A DNA stretch of 62,384 bases, filler included, from Sphacelaria rigidula (GCA_964200075.2; 10 parts of 10 records of this genome joined end to end with filler, not necessarily neighbours in it); one strand, 5' to 3'. Numbered from the whole stretch's first letter, positions 13,419 to 26,730 are shown. Notes: generated by a model from the letters alone, not told the origin. A program made the numbers and translations.

Positions 13419-13538
13419 CTACGGCAAGCGCCTTTCTCGCAATCTCTCTGCGAAACGGGGGAGTAGTCGGAAAGGCAGGGGCGTAATCGACCAGCCCTCC
13501 CAGAATGTAGCAGCGGCACACACGAATAAAAATATCGA
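13419..13538 (-). CDS. Candidate exon of a multi-pass membrane protein (possibly pseudogene)
   Basis: Acceptor ctttctacag, then hydrophobic SIFLFVCAAATFWEGW; same strand and phase as exon 15815-16003. Confidence 0.3.
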   Translation of the reverse strand, partial: SIFLFVCAAATFWEGWSITPLPFRLLPRFAERLRERRLP

Positions 13539-14508
13539 CTGTAGAAAGTTCAGTGCAAATTTTGCAGCATGTTTACTTTCTGTCAGTTCTATGCCCAGAT
13601 ACACCCATGATCACCAGCCGTAGACTTCACAGGCGGTGCGGTAGCGTACACTCGTAGCAGCACAGCAGGCAAGTAGGTCACTTCAAAAGTGCGTACGTCC
13701 GAAAATAGTGACCACCGTACGTGACCCCATCAGCTGAACCACCGCTGCCGACGCACACACCGCCTAAGAAAATGGATACCGCCAACCCACGGCGTTTGTT
13801 TCTCTGCGACATGGCCCAGGGTGTCACTAGCAAGGTTGCTTGTGACTGTTGCACGCTTCAATCGTCACGGCGTGCTCACAGGTCAGCTCTGAGCAATGTT
13901 GCGCTCTAGTTCGAAGTGTTCAGACTTCTCCTAACGTGAGGTTCCAGAGAAAAATTAAGCCGCTTCATTTTTGGAGAACACGAAACACCTGGTTTGAAAA
14001 CGTCAATCATTCAGGGATCTACGGAAAAACAGTGTCGATAATAGCATGAGCCTTACGTGGAACACAGATATCAAGAGTAAGTTTCATACTGCTTCCCAGA
14101 ATGTGCAATTCACATCGATAACAGCTACAGGAATATGCATATTTTCACGTTATGTTATGTGTCTTTCGGTGCGGTGTTCCATGACGCAGTCGATGCCGGC
14201 ATGAGATAAGCGACAGGGGTCCATAGCTGCCCGTGCAACGTGCAAGTTGGAATTATCGGTGTGAATACCAGTATCCTCTGCCAGCACTGGAAAGGCGGCT
14301 CCGAGACACCAATACGTCAGCATATCAGGGTGTGGTAAAAAAACACCCGGTGACATGAGCCCCATAGCGGTTTATGGTACATCGAACGGTGTACAGTGTA
14401 CGGACATCATTTGAACTACTACACGACGTTAGCGCACCAGTTAAGGAGCTGATCGAAGAAACGCGATGGATTACCAGGAGCAATTTCTGCAAAAACGTAG
14501 GAGTCTTG

Positions 14509-14713
14509 CAAGGGTGGGTCGAGTAGAGTATACTCAATTGCTGGGTATTTTGAAAGTCGTACTTGAAGTACACAAATTGGGGACAGAATTGCAGGAATCA
14601 CTTTCCAGCTATTTTTTGGGTACGACTCCCAACACTCTATCCTAACTTGATTACCTCAAGTACGTTTTTCAAAATAACCCGCAATTGAGTATACTCTATT
14701 CAACCTACCCTTG
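14509..14713. mobile_element. hAT-type MITE (205 bp)
   Basis: Imperfect TIRs of ~45 bp, CAAGGGT...ACCCTTG; perfect 8-bp TSD GAGTCTTG (14501-14508, 14714-14721). Confidence 0.92.
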
Positions 14714-15814
14714 GAGTCTTGTGACTATTTTCATCCCTCCGGATGTTGCGGTTGGCACTGTCGGAGCTTCAGGATACGATCTAACTTGGACGATTCGACT
14801 ATGTCGCACACTTCTGAAAACACACCGTGCACTCATCATGGACACCAAGCAAACGATCTAATACTCGAAATTATCCTTCACCACTACATCGTGGGAAAGG
14901 TATTATACCTGGTGCATCGTGTACTTTTTAGAAGGAAGCTGCGCCCAAACATGGTTGACGACAGTGAATCGGTCGTCGACCGGTTCGCACGGCCAGTTGA
15001 CACGACGACACGCAGAGAACTTCCCCAGTGATCAATAGTATACCTGTCGGACACACTTTCTGGCCTAAACGAGTCAATCTCCCGCATGTACCACAGTACA
15101 AACCTCCAATATACTTTCTAGAAAATCAATCGTCAAAAACCTGCCCGTTGCTTTGAGAATAGCGCCTTCTTTGAAGAGCACTCCGGTATTTGGACGTTGT
15201 CGGTGTCAACCTCTAAACACGCCAGTTGATTGTAATACATGGCTACATAGCAGGCGTGCTCATGATAACTGAGCAGAAGGTGCTCTGAGTGTGTGGTCTT
15301 CCGTAGAGTCGTAAACCCGTAGCCCCTGGTCCCGATGTGATAACGCCTGGTTGTGAATCAGTACGACCCAGCTCCCCACTCGGTCAACTGTGTTCTATTT
15401 TAACTGAGCTGAGCTGCACCCTGTTCTCTTCGATTCTCTGGACTGATGTAATCTTGGTGATTCCAAGAGTGCGTCTTCGAAAGAGATAACCACGCATTGA
15501 CAGGTAAGTCTGAGCTTGCCTCATGACCAATCAGCACACGAATACCTACCACTTAAGCAGCTGATGAGAGCGGTATCCAGGGAACGAATGTCAGACGCAC
15601 TCTCAAAAAGCTTATGATAGCATAACGTCCGTGTAGGGATATACCGGTTTTTCACACAGCGACAAATGTCATGCACCTTTTCTCGTCTCTTCCGCTGGGA
15701 CTAGCTCATAAGCTTTTAACCCAAGGTGTACCATGTGGGTTTCATGAATAAACTATTGTTTCAGCCCTAACACCGTGACAGCTGTCTCTTAGACTGTTGT
15801 GTTCGCCAGCATAC

Positions 15815-16003
15815 CTCGTTCACCGCGGTCGTGGTCGAAATGTAACAGCATGTGACGACGGTGTAGACCAACAGCACACCTAGAATCCCCAACGTACACA
15901 CCACGTTGTTGATGACCACCCGCCGGTACGCTCCAGCCGACACATGGCTCCTCGCGCTTGCAGTCAACAGAGGCTTGATGAACAAAGACAATAACACCAC
16001 CAT
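15815..16003 (-). CDS. Candidate internal exon encoding two hydrophobic segments (GPCR-like or other multi-pass membrane protein)
   Basis: Acceptor aagtag and donor GAG|gtatgc; 63 open codons: MVVLLSLFIKPL...YRRVVINNVVCTLGILGVLLVYTVVTCCYI. Confidence 0.45.
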
Positions 16004-18583
16004 CTACTTCATGGTCGTGAGCATACATGGAGAGGAGAGCGGGTGGGGTGTAAAGTCAGTCAATTCAATTGAGGCATATAGCGGTTTCGTCCAGTACGTC
16101 CGGGCATCCATGATGCTCATACCTAGATAGAGAGAACACAAAACTCGTGATGATGGGAATGAACCCTTCGCGTATGCGCTGGCTTAGTCATACATGTACT
16201 CTAGAAGCTAACCATGCCTGGCGACATCTAACCGTGAGTGCTTGCCTCCGATAGTACCCGTAAGAAGAATCATCCTTGCAGGGCGCAAGCACTATCGGCC
16301 ATGTCGGGCAACTGCTTGTATCTATACAAAACTGGTTCTAGTGGAAGCAAGCAAGGGTCTCTTTGAGAGACAAACAGCACTAGCAGCAGCAGAACATTCC
16401 ACGGAAATATATCTTCCTCGCAACCATGCAATCATCCCAAAGGGCACCGAGCGCTCTAATTGATTGTCTGTGCACTTCATTATTACAGTCTTTACGGACG
16501 ACCAACAACGCTCTTCCGCCGTAGGGGGGCGACGACTTGGTTCATGAGTCATCAAGACACTGAGTTCTTGCTCGATTGTTTTGACATTGTGTGAGCTTAT
16601 TGCCGACGTCATTACAAGAACAGCAACGCCTATTTCGACACCCGACTCGTCGCCGTTCGCAAGTGGTTTCCAAAACAAATATCGAAGAAATATGTGTACA
16701 GACTTGTGTAAGAATCCCAAATCATTAATAATGTACGTCGAACAAAGTTTGGGTCTATCACTCGACCTTTGAATGAGGACCTGAAACTCTAGGCTGGGGG
16801 CGCACTGACCATTCATTGGAGTGCTATTTTACCGAAGTCGTCTGCTCTTTTTGTTGCGAGAGATGACGGCAGATATATCTACGTCTGATGTCCACTCGAA
16901 TAAAAATCTTTAACACAGAACAAAGGGAACATTCACACTGAAGCAGGGAAGTCGTTCGAACTATCGATATGCTTCCCTAGTCGAAATTCAGGTTTCGACT
17001 CTAAAACGTAAACTGGTACATTTCTAGAGGCACTTAATGATCTCTTTTGCGTTAACCATCTCGTACGTATTGTTATCGTGAACGCGCCAATCTGACGTAG
17101 CTACAGAAGGCATGTAGCGTGGCTGCAATGAAGTGCATGTTATTGTACGATCCATTCAGGCCATCATTCTTCAAGCACACAGTAATCATCGTCGTTGTGC
17201 GAAGCAGGCGATCTCCGGTGTCCATGGCACGCGAACATAAACTCCCCAGAAACATGATTCGGACAGTGGCTCACCTCTAAAATGACAACGCCACCTTGAA
17301 CACCTACGGCCACCACAGCTATAAGCCTTTCGGAGTGATCGTAGTCAGCCATAATGTCGGAATGGCATTTACTTCCCTGAAATGGTGGAGTGCACCAGAG
17401 AGATGCACACATGAGTCGGGCATTATACGGAGGTGAGGATTGTACGTTGCTACGTCGCACGTCGAGGGAACCGTGCCGAATTGAAAGCGAAACTATGTCA
17501 GCGTGGTGATGTAATATGTAGATACCGTAGGACGGGCTCTGACAATCGTCTTTGATAACTCGTGATTGAGAAGTTCCGAGGTCATAACAGAGCGATGTAC
17601 TATACAATGAATACCCCGTTATCCAGGGAAGAGCAGTTGAGACCATATTTCGCGTGAGCGACAATCGAATGTTTCACGCATCACACGTTCAAGCGAGTGG
17701 AGCATACCGAGAGTGTCCGCGACCGTCGTAACACCACTGCCCTCAGATACGCTCTGTATGTGTTCGTTTCAAATAAAAAACAAAAGGATATAGTAAAACC
17801 CTGCTCTTAAGCGGGGCACGCGGATGCCCACACCGGAGTATGTACACCTCCGTTACAATATCACCATGGGTGTGACGCTCCTCATTAAGTATTCTACACA
17901 TTCCATACTCTTGAAACGTTCCAGCATGTTGAATGTACCCGAGCCATGTGAACGTGAAGTTTTGCTCATGGAAGAGAAAGTAATCGAATGTCGAACTACA
18001 AACCCTCAGCCCGCAGTGGTGCAACTCCGTAAGGACGCAAAGCTGGACTTCTTGTAGCTCGATAGAGGTCCCCACCTCTGGAATCATACAGCCAGAAGTA
18101 CGGGGTCCACAGTCGTGATGATGCGACACTGTGTTTGCTCACCGTATCATCCAGTCCATCCTTCGTCGCAAGCAACGCGCTAAGTGATAGCATGGGGCTG
18201 ATCGCGGGCAGGAACGGCCGGCACGACGAGGAACCGCGTTGGTAACAACAAGATGCGACGGACAACAGCGGTTATGTGGCTTTATACCGCTTGCCGGCGA
18301 TAACAGTTTCGCACACGTTTCATCGAAGGGGGCTCCTGACAGATGGGTACCTCAAACGCCAATGTGCACTGTTTGAGGCAGGCAAAATATACGGTGCATA
18401 TTGCCTTTGCCGGAGGGGGAAACAATAGTGCGAAGATATTCCCTTTTGATCCATACTGAATTCTCCACCCCGCACGCAAGCATAAAGACCTATTTCGAAG
18501 CTAAAAATATGCGCATCGCTATCGTGGCAAAAACCGATCTCCGAAAAAAGCATGCACGCCATCGCTTCTGGTTCAATATATAA

Positions 18584-18647
18584 CAGGGTTGCCAGAAAAA
18601 TGAGAACGTGTTTTGAAATGAGAATCCACCGCTCCCCGGGATTGTGT
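18584..18647 (+). mobile_element. DNA transposon terminus CAGGGTTGCCAG (hAT-like) at a contig end
   Basis: Near-identical reverse-complement copy at 43741-43793. Confidence 0.7.
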
Positions 18648-18747
18648 NNNNNNNNNNNNNNNNNNNNNNNNNNNNNNNNNNNNNNNNNNNNTTAATTAAT
18701 TAANNNNNNNNNNNNNNNNNNNNNNNNNNNNNNNNNNNNNNNNNNNN
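18648..18747. other. Artificial contig spacer
   Basis: Same 100-bp linker. Confidence 0.99.
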
Positions 18748-21700
18748 CCGAGGACCCTGAAATGCCAACGATAGTAGACAACTTGTGGTGATGCCAGGAA
18801 AAGCCTGATATCAGGACGGACCAACATCCCCCGAGGAACTGGTCGCCCCCAGGCGACCACTTCTTGTCTGACCGAACTTCTTGCTTACATGTGCGAGGGG
18901 AAATCATCGCCAGCCTCGGAGTTCCTTCGGTATCAGGACGGCAGTCTCCCCCGTAGGTCTCTGACTACTCTAGCGATGCGCCTTCCTCACATTGGCGACA
19001 CCAGAACAGAACTCAGGCAAGACAGGCCTTACAGGTAAAAACAAAAACGACAACCGACTGCTCCCCCACACCGGAAACACTAGGGTCCTCCAAGGAACGC
19101 TACTTCAGGTGATACGCATGGATCATGTGCATAATTATTCGAGTGGAGAGGTTGCTGGAGTCATGTGTTTGAGTCAACGCGAAATTGGCCCCCTCAGTGC
19201 GCATTTATGTCACCCGCACGACTAATCAAATAGCGAAACGCGAAGCTTGACTCCTCGGTGTGCAGTAAATATGTCATCTGCATGGCTAGTCAAACAGCAA
19301 AAACGCGAAATTAGTCTCATCAGTGTACATCATATGTCACGAGGATGGCTAATTAAGCAGCGAAACAACACTGGTCAACCAACCTTGATTAGTCTCATAC
19401 AACGCATCATCACTCGGCAGGTATACAGATGCGCCCCCAGCGCTATCCTGTGCATTAGCCCGCGTTAGGGTCGCAACCAGAGTTAACGGTACTCCCGCTG
19501 GAAAAGATCGCAACCGATTCCGCAGAAGATGTACCGTGTATCAGCAAAAGTTCATAGATGAACACCCGGTCATCATGGCAGCTGATTTAAAGCCAGTACC
19601 GCCGGGATCTATGGATCTCAGAAGCGCGGACGGCTCCCCCATAAAACTCCTAGGGTTCATTTATTTCGAGCTTACGTTGGGGATAAAAACCCTGCCAGTA
19701 GAAGCGTTTGTATTTACCTAATCTGGGGCCGGATTGTCTACTACTAGACAACTCCGTCATCAGTGCTTTCAAAGTTACACTCTGTACTCGACTGGCAGAC
19801 GGAAGAACGAACGTTCCGTGACTCCAGTATAAAAATCAAAGCGTCGCATCAAAAACAACAGCATTCACAAAATACAACACATCCCAAAACGACGCATTGT
19901 CCTGGAGTCAGCGTGAACTGTTCAAACGCTGTTTCAGGGTTTCTCACGAAGAAATGCAATGTGCCTCCGCAGAGTGAGATGTCAGTATTAGTGAAACTGA
20001 GAACACCCCGTCAACAACAACAATAACAACAACAACAACAGCTGTTGTCGTAGAGCCACGCATAATAACCGAAGAAAACATTCGATCGCGTTCACGCGCA
20101 TCTTTGTTGCAAGGACAATGTGCACGTGGTCGGCAACAAACAAAACGGCAATGGTACAAATTGCCAAGCCGTCGAACCGACATGTGAACCTGAAATGTAA
20201 TATGATTTCAGGCTAAATCACCTCAATACAAGAGACGAAACCCCGGAAAAACTTTATAATAATAATAATAGTAATAATAATAGTAATAATAGTAATTGTA
20301 ATAGTAATAGTAATAAGAGACAAAAACCGGAGAAACTTCATATTTTCCGGACAGCCTCTCACGACTGTTTGCGCTACTCCAAAGCTGAAATCAAACCGTC
20401 GCTTACACAAATATGTGGTAACGTGCCAAAAGACCATGCGCTGCGAATATAGCTGAACCACATATTACCGTCAAATATCAGCTGAGAAGCTCGACCGTTT
20501 GAAGCCAGTGCAGAGTGACCGAGAGCTGCCAGTCAACCGGCCAAAATTTGCCGATGGGACACGTTCCGGTAGGACGGCCATACGAGAGAGTGTCGACAGA
20601 CCTAGTCGAACACAAAACAGCTCAATGTCAAAAGCTGGAGTACTTTGTAGATAGGTACTGTCCGTAATGGTCCACATCACAGCGTATGTCTTTCTCATTT
20701 CGATACCAAATAGACAGGCCACGTCGATAGCCAGAATTTTGATCGATAGAGTTTTACCATATATATGTGGCATCCGGGAAAAGCCGCAACACCCAAAGAA
20801 TTTTCCAAAGAAACACGGGAAAACCTACAGTTTGGATTTGAAATCGCGAGACAAACTCTACGACAAAGAGGGAACGAGCAAGAAAACAGAAACAAATAGT
20901 CTAGTAACCGTTCCCAGTGTTCAAACCCAGTCAAAAGGTAAACATGTACCAATCATACCAGGATTCAGAAGGGCCGAACCCGAAACTCCAATTACCATGG
21001 AGAGGACCTTTCATGATGACCGAGAGACGATCGCTGGTTGTGTACATAATCAAAATAGGCGACGACTCTAAAGAAATGTCAGTACATCCCGCTCACTTGC
21101 ATAAATATCGTCCGTGGAAAACGCCACCCGCATCAGATGTCGAGAAATTGAGCGAGTAGCTCCTAGACAAATGGATACCTCCACAAGAAAGACCAAGCAG
21201 ACGAAACGTTGCCTACAACGTTACGCTGTCGAAAAAGTGGTAGTCTACGCTCCAGGACCAGGTCGGGGAAAACACTGTTGGAAGTCTTCACAACCATAAG
21301 TATTGGTTGAGACTCAAAAGCTACGGCCCAGAAGCTGACCTAACCTATCAAGTTGATGAAACACCACAAGGTAGACACCTCATCGATATATACCGTCATG
21401 ACAACGGGTTAGCAAAGCGCTCACCTCCGGAGTCGAAATCCGAAAATACCGGATAACGGAAACGGATGTGGCTCTTCAACAGACTGTTCGAGCGTCCTAG
21501 CAAAACGCTCAAGGGTTGAGCAGTAGCCCGGGGTTACAATTCGGAAATCAAGGAGTCACAAGAGTAGAAAACAAAAAAACGACGCTAGAACAGTGCAGAC
21601 ATGAAGGGGAAAATGTCTGACATGTCAACGGTGACTGGGGTGCAACTTCCCAAGGAAGATAACCTCTCAGCAATCGGGGTAGTGCTGACGAAAAAGAAAA

Positions 21701-23330
21701 AAACATTTCGATGATGTTTAACCGAAGAGCACAAGGCGCGCATGATGAACATCATACCCACCGCTTTGTTACTAACACGAGGACGTTGTCCTATTCCGGT
21801 GTCAGCGGAACCGAAGGCATCCCAGAACCCGGACATGAATAACCCAGGCGCCCGTGGACCGACCAGTGTCCCAGTGCCCAGGCATGTAGAAACAGCAGAT
21901 GCATCCAGCACCAAAGTGAAAGGCATCTCGTGGAAATAGGTCACATTTGACACACTTATATGCCACAAAATGATATGAAGCAAAGATCATGTCGATGATT
22001 CACCAAAGAGCACAATGTTCGCAAGATAAAAATCAGACCCACCGCTCTTGTACGAACGCGAGGACTTCGTCCTACTCCGGTGTCAGAGGAACCGAAGGCA
22101 TCCCAGAACCCGGGCAGGAATACCTCAAACGCCTGTGGACCGGTCGGTGTCCCAGTGCCTAGTCATGTATACCTAACTGATGCAGCCTGCGCCAAAGTGC
22201 AGAACCATCCCATAAAAAATGTGTCACACATGATGCAGTTATTGGACACAAAATAAAAAGAAGCAAGGGTCATTTTGACGGTGTTTAGCCAAAAGAGCAC
22301 AACGCTCACAGGTGAAAAAATTTCTTACATGTATCATCAACACCGCCTTGTTACTAACCCGAGATCTTAGCCCTACTCCGGCGTCCGCGGAACCGAAGGT
22401 ATCCCAGAACCCGGGCAGGAAGAATCCAGGCGCCCGTGGGCCGATCAGTGTCCCAGTGCCCAGTTTAGCCAAAAGAGCACAATGCTCACAGGTGAAAAAA
22501 TACATGTATGTATCTTGAACACCGCCTTGTTACTAACCCGAGAACTTAGCCCTACTCCGGTGTCCGCGGAACCGAAGGCATCCCAGAACCCGGGCAGGAA
22601 AAATCCAGGCGCCCGGGGGCCGATCAGTGTCCCAGTGCCCAGTCATGCATACCAGCAGATGCAACCAGCACCCGAATGCAAATACATCTGATGATGGAAA
22701 CATGTCACATATGACAGCTACATGACAGAGAAGACCAAAATTAAAGGGTTTGGAATAGATGCACTGTTACTGACCACAGGTGGCTGAAGTTTACTGGGGA
22801 TGTTTACTCAATACCACAGTATAGAGAAGGGCTATATTTGCGATTAGCAGTGGCGTGACTCAATCAATGATTGTCACTTAAAGACACTTCCACGATTATA
22901 TCACCAGCAAAGCCGATGCTCGCCTTGTCCCACCAACTACAGTCCGGATGGGCTTGAGGCGCATGAAGGGGGGGCGAATGGGGAAGATACCTCTCTACAG
23001 GGACATATCAGAGACTGATGCCACACATGTATGAAGAACCAGCGCAAGCAGGTACAAGGTAGGAACGGTCCGGAAGGACCAGATTACCGAGGACCCTGAA
23101 ATGCCAACGATAGTAGACAACTTGTGGTGATGCCAGGAAAAGCCTGATATCAGGACGGACCAACATCCCCCGAGGAACTGGTCGCCCCCAGGCGACCACT
23201 TCTTGTCTGACCAAACTTCTTGCTTACATGTGCGAGGGGAAATCATCGCCAGCCTCGGAGTTCCTTCGGTATCAGGACGGCAGTTTCCCCCGTAGGTCTC
23301 TGACTACTCTAGCGATGCACCTTCCTCACA
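18748..23330 (+). mobile_element. Non-autonomous Ty3/Gypsy LTR retrotransposon with chromodomain remnant
   Basis: 5' LTR 18748-18991 (cut by the contig start) and 3' LTR 22979-23330 (TG...CA). PBS-like TGGCGACACCAG at 18993; PPT GAAGGGGGGGCGAA at 22965-22978. Decayed aspartic protease (~19480-19830), integrase core fragment (~20640-20775), WRGPF motif and chromodomain (~20920-21400). No RT or RNase H recognised. Confidence 0.93.
21700..22730 (+). repeat. Four tandem ~180-300-bp repeats in the 3' region of the Gypsy element
   Basis: GAACCGAAGG(C/T)ATCCCAGAACCCGG core at ~21808, 22089, 22390 and 22568. Confidence 0.9.
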
Positions 23331-23680
23331 ATTCTTCCCGTTTCTCAACGAATATACGGAATTAAACGATCAATCGCATCCACTAGGGTCCGCCTCAACG
23401 TGAGCAGCCCAAAATCGAGGAGTTTTGGTGGGTCAGTTGTTCTTATGGCCGTAGGGGAGCAAATTTGCGGGTTGGATAATGACTTTTGAGTCGCAGTGAT
23501 AGCTGTAAATTGGGTATTTAGTCGCGCTAGCTTCGTCGAGACCGGCGGTCACCGACTTGGTACTTCCGCCAAGCTTCTGCAGTGGTATAGCCGCCAAACC
23601 GGGGAGGGTGGTGTACAACGAGTGGTTCTGTGCTGCTACCGAATGATATGCAATATCTTGTGCGACACACATGCTGTGCT

Positions 23681-24471
23681 TGTGATGTTACTTCACTTCG
23701 GGAATACCAACCGGCATAGAAATCTTATGATATCCTCTATGTGTGTATATATATGTAAAGTACTTCATGTGAATTTTACATCATCAAGTAGTTTGCCCGC
23801 GTGTCGAAGTATTCGTTAGCAGAGCAAGCCACAACCTAAGATGGGTGAGTATGTGACGCACTGGTCCTGTTTTCGGCTCGTTAACTCGAACAGTAGGGTC
23901 TCTCTTACACAAAGCACTCGTCAACAGCAGACAGCTGTTATTGAAAGTAAGCACCGAGCTCTTTCGGAAAAAGGAAACACCAATTGACACACAAAAGGGG
24001 TTATATTACTCGTGGCTTACTCGTGTTATAGCTCGTCACGGCTTGCCGGCAGAAGATCAGACGTCGCGTAGAGCAGATGAAAAGCTGATGGTCCTTCTTG
24101 TGATTAGTTCTACGGTAGCTGCTTCTCTGGCAGGTGGGTTGCAAGTGAGCATCATAGGCGATGCGGCACACGATTACCCTCAAAAACTCCTAGCTACGCA
24201 TACAATCTTGTCATATAAATACCACTCAGCGTGGTGCACTGTACCTTAAGCCAATCAAAGCTGTAGTAGCAGCAGGTACACGCGGCTAATCGGATACAAT
24301 CCTGTATCTACCTTCAAGCCGCTGTGTCAACAATAAAAGGATCCAACTCCTGCCTCATACAAACACACATTCGACTAGAATCTTTCCATACCCGCTGGTC
24401 GTTTCTAGGGACCATCTGCATATTCACAAGGAACTAGTTTTAATTCAGGCACTCAGTCATTTACCATCACA
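23681..24471 (+). mobile_element. Probable solo LTR (family B)
   Basis: TGTGATG...CATCACA inverted termini; the 3' ~230 bp is shared with 34573-34797; TSD not clean. Confidence 0.55.
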
Positions 24472-24701
24472 CGCGTTTGAGCAGACAGCGACGTTCATAC
24501 AACGTGTATCTCTACATATCGTCATCATACTGCATTGCGACACAACACAAGGAGAGGTCGCAAAGGTAATGTTCAATTATTTATCTTCATTATCTATTAT
24601 TTATTATTTATTTTTATTTTTATTATCGCAGTATAGCAAGTACTATCGCCATCATCAAACGATCAGGGGGGACCCCCATCAAAATTGGGGTACCCCCCCC
24701 C

Positions 24702-24782
24702 TAGGAGTACGAACGATGCTCCGTTTCGAAAGGGATGCGTGGTCAACGGTCAAACGACTGAGGCAAGCAACAAATCAGTACG
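24702..24782 (+). mobile_element. 5'-truncated LINE 3' end (family A)
   Basis: Homologous to ~38270-38348. Confidence 0.8.
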
Positions 24783-24896
24783 AAAAAATTCCCCTCCCCC
24801 TCACCTCGAGACTCTTGGGTTGGCGTCGAGTGGTAACGGCGCTGTAAAATAAGCCACCAAAACCTAGACAAATGTACAGACTGCCACCGTACAGAT

Positions 24897-24996
24897 NNNN
24901 NNNNNNNNNNNNNNNNNNNNNNNNNNNNNNNNNNNNNNNNTTAATTAATTAANNNNNNNNNNNNNNNNNNNNNNNNNNNNNNNNNNNNNNNNNNNN
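24897..24996. other. Artificial contig spacer
   Basis: Same 100-bp linker. Confidence 0.99.
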
Positions 24997-25752
24997 GGGG
25001 ACGGGGGGGGGAGAAGAGACGAGAATAACGTGCCATGTAATCGACAGTCAAAGATAAAAAACAGAGGATTCTGTGAAATGGGAACGGTTTTCCATGGAAA
25101 GTTCTTTTTCGATGGTGTTCGAAACTGTGGGAAATTGCACCTGCCCCTTGAAAGCACCTTTGGTGTTGAATGTGTCCATGGTGCTCCAATGGTTTCCCTT
25201 CAAGGCGCCTTCGCGGGACCTGGCGCCACCCCCCAAAGAGCTTATCTTTGACCTCCAGTTCTCTTGAAGCCGCCTTCGAGCGGTATTATTCCTCCCAAAT
25301 ACGACCACCATCGGGAAATTGTCGTTCTCATGAATATATATATATATGTATATTTATATCGTTCCCATTTTCCAGAATCCCCTGTCCGATTTATCAGTCC
25401 AGCAGTACACGCGAAACAAACCTCGCCATTTGCCAATAACAAGCCACGTACACCCCCTGCTTTCACCGCCCTACGCCATCCTCCTCTCACCGAAACATCA
25501 CAGCACTTGAGTCTTATACTGTTCATAATTTTCGTACATGATGCACTCCATCTCTCGAACCCCTAGTCACCGACAGACGTAGGCTCGTCTTACCAGTACC
25601 CTCCCTGCTATTTCTCACAACAGATGGGGCTCTCATCGTTTCTTCTGAGAACGAAAAAAAAATATTTCCATCACCAAAATATTGAATATATATATATTAT
25701 CATCACAAAAATGTTTCACCTTCATGCAATCCCACGGCGCCCACATCATAAA

Positions 25753-26037
25753 TCAAGATTTTTGCGGCCGCTGGGACTGCGGGTCCGATCTCCAATCGAC
25801 CACTACTGCCTCAGGCGGGACCAGCAAGGGAATAGAAGCAACGGCCATTCTTTGTGGAAGCGGAGGCAACGAAGGGTGGAAAACAGCCATTTCTGCTTCC
25901 GAGAAGCGCATCCTCGTGCTCTTATCCACATACTTGTTGACCTCCATCATCTCCTTCATGCGCTTGTATTTCGGGTTGTCCTTGCGGACGGCGAATACAA
26001 CGCAATCCGTGTCCACCTTCTCTTTCACGCCGGCAGC
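25753..26037 (-). CDS. TAF13: TAF13 (TFIID subunit 13, histone fold)-like, last exon
   Basis: Acceptor caagcag. GVKEKVDTDCVVFAVRKDNPKYKRMKEMMEVNKYV aligns by eye with the TAF13 C-terminal region (GRVQVEDIVFLIRKDPRKFARVKDLLTMNEEL). Stop TGA at 25753. Confidence 0.75.
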   Translation of the reverse strand, partial: AAGVKEKVDTDCVVFAVRKDNPKYKRMKEMMEVNKYVDKSTRMRFSEAEMAVFHPSLPPLPQRMAVASIPLLVPPEAVVVDWRSDPQSQRPQKS

Positions 26038-26204
26038 CTGCTTGACGCACGCATGGGTACACGCACACGCAAGCACGACGGGTCATGGTTTTGAAGATTG
26101 GAAAACGCAAAAGCAGTGGTATGGGGGTCGGCGTGCTCCGTCCCGGCTTTGTAGGGGCGGAACGCAAAAGCAGTGGTATAGGGGTCGGGGGTCAAGCGGA
26201 AGAT

Positions 26205-26283
26205 ACTGATGGTCTTGCACGCCGTAGTCAAGAGACCGTTGGACTCGCATCCCTACAAAGCCGAGACGTAGCACGCCGGGTTA
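26205..26283 (-). mobile_element. LINE-like 3' end (family C)
   Basis: Reverse complement matches 36618-36695; partial copies at ~26130 and ~36145. Confidence 0.6.
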
Positions 26284-26512
26284 TTGCCGGACCAGCTTCG
26301 TAATCAATCACCAAGCAAGAAGCTCCGTGGGGTGTTCGGCAAGTCGCATGAAGCGTGAGCTGCGTCCTGCCAAGATTGTTCGGTGCGAAACGTAGTGATC
26401 ATCTTGGATGAGGATGACAGCCTACAATGAGTTGCCTCATTCTCAGATATCGCACCTTCCAGAGACAGCCATGCGTTACATTGGCTCATGGGTGCCATGC
26501 CATTTTTGGGCC

Positions 26513-26730
26513 TGGGGGTGTACATATTTGTTCATTTCCTCAGCCAATCGACCATTGACCACGCATGCGTTTTGAAACGGAGCACCGTTTCTACTCCTGG
26601 TTGAGACACCTCCAACATTTGGACGCGCTCGATATGTTTCTTCCATAAACTACACAAGAACCTGCCAGATACCTCATGCCCCTTCCTGTTCCGCCGTCTG
26701 TTATCACCATCCATCTTCTACTTATCCTTT
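26513..26730 (-). mobile_element. LINE 3' end (family A), inside the TAF13 intron
   Basis: Reverse complement homologous to ~38150-38350. Confidence 0.8.
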
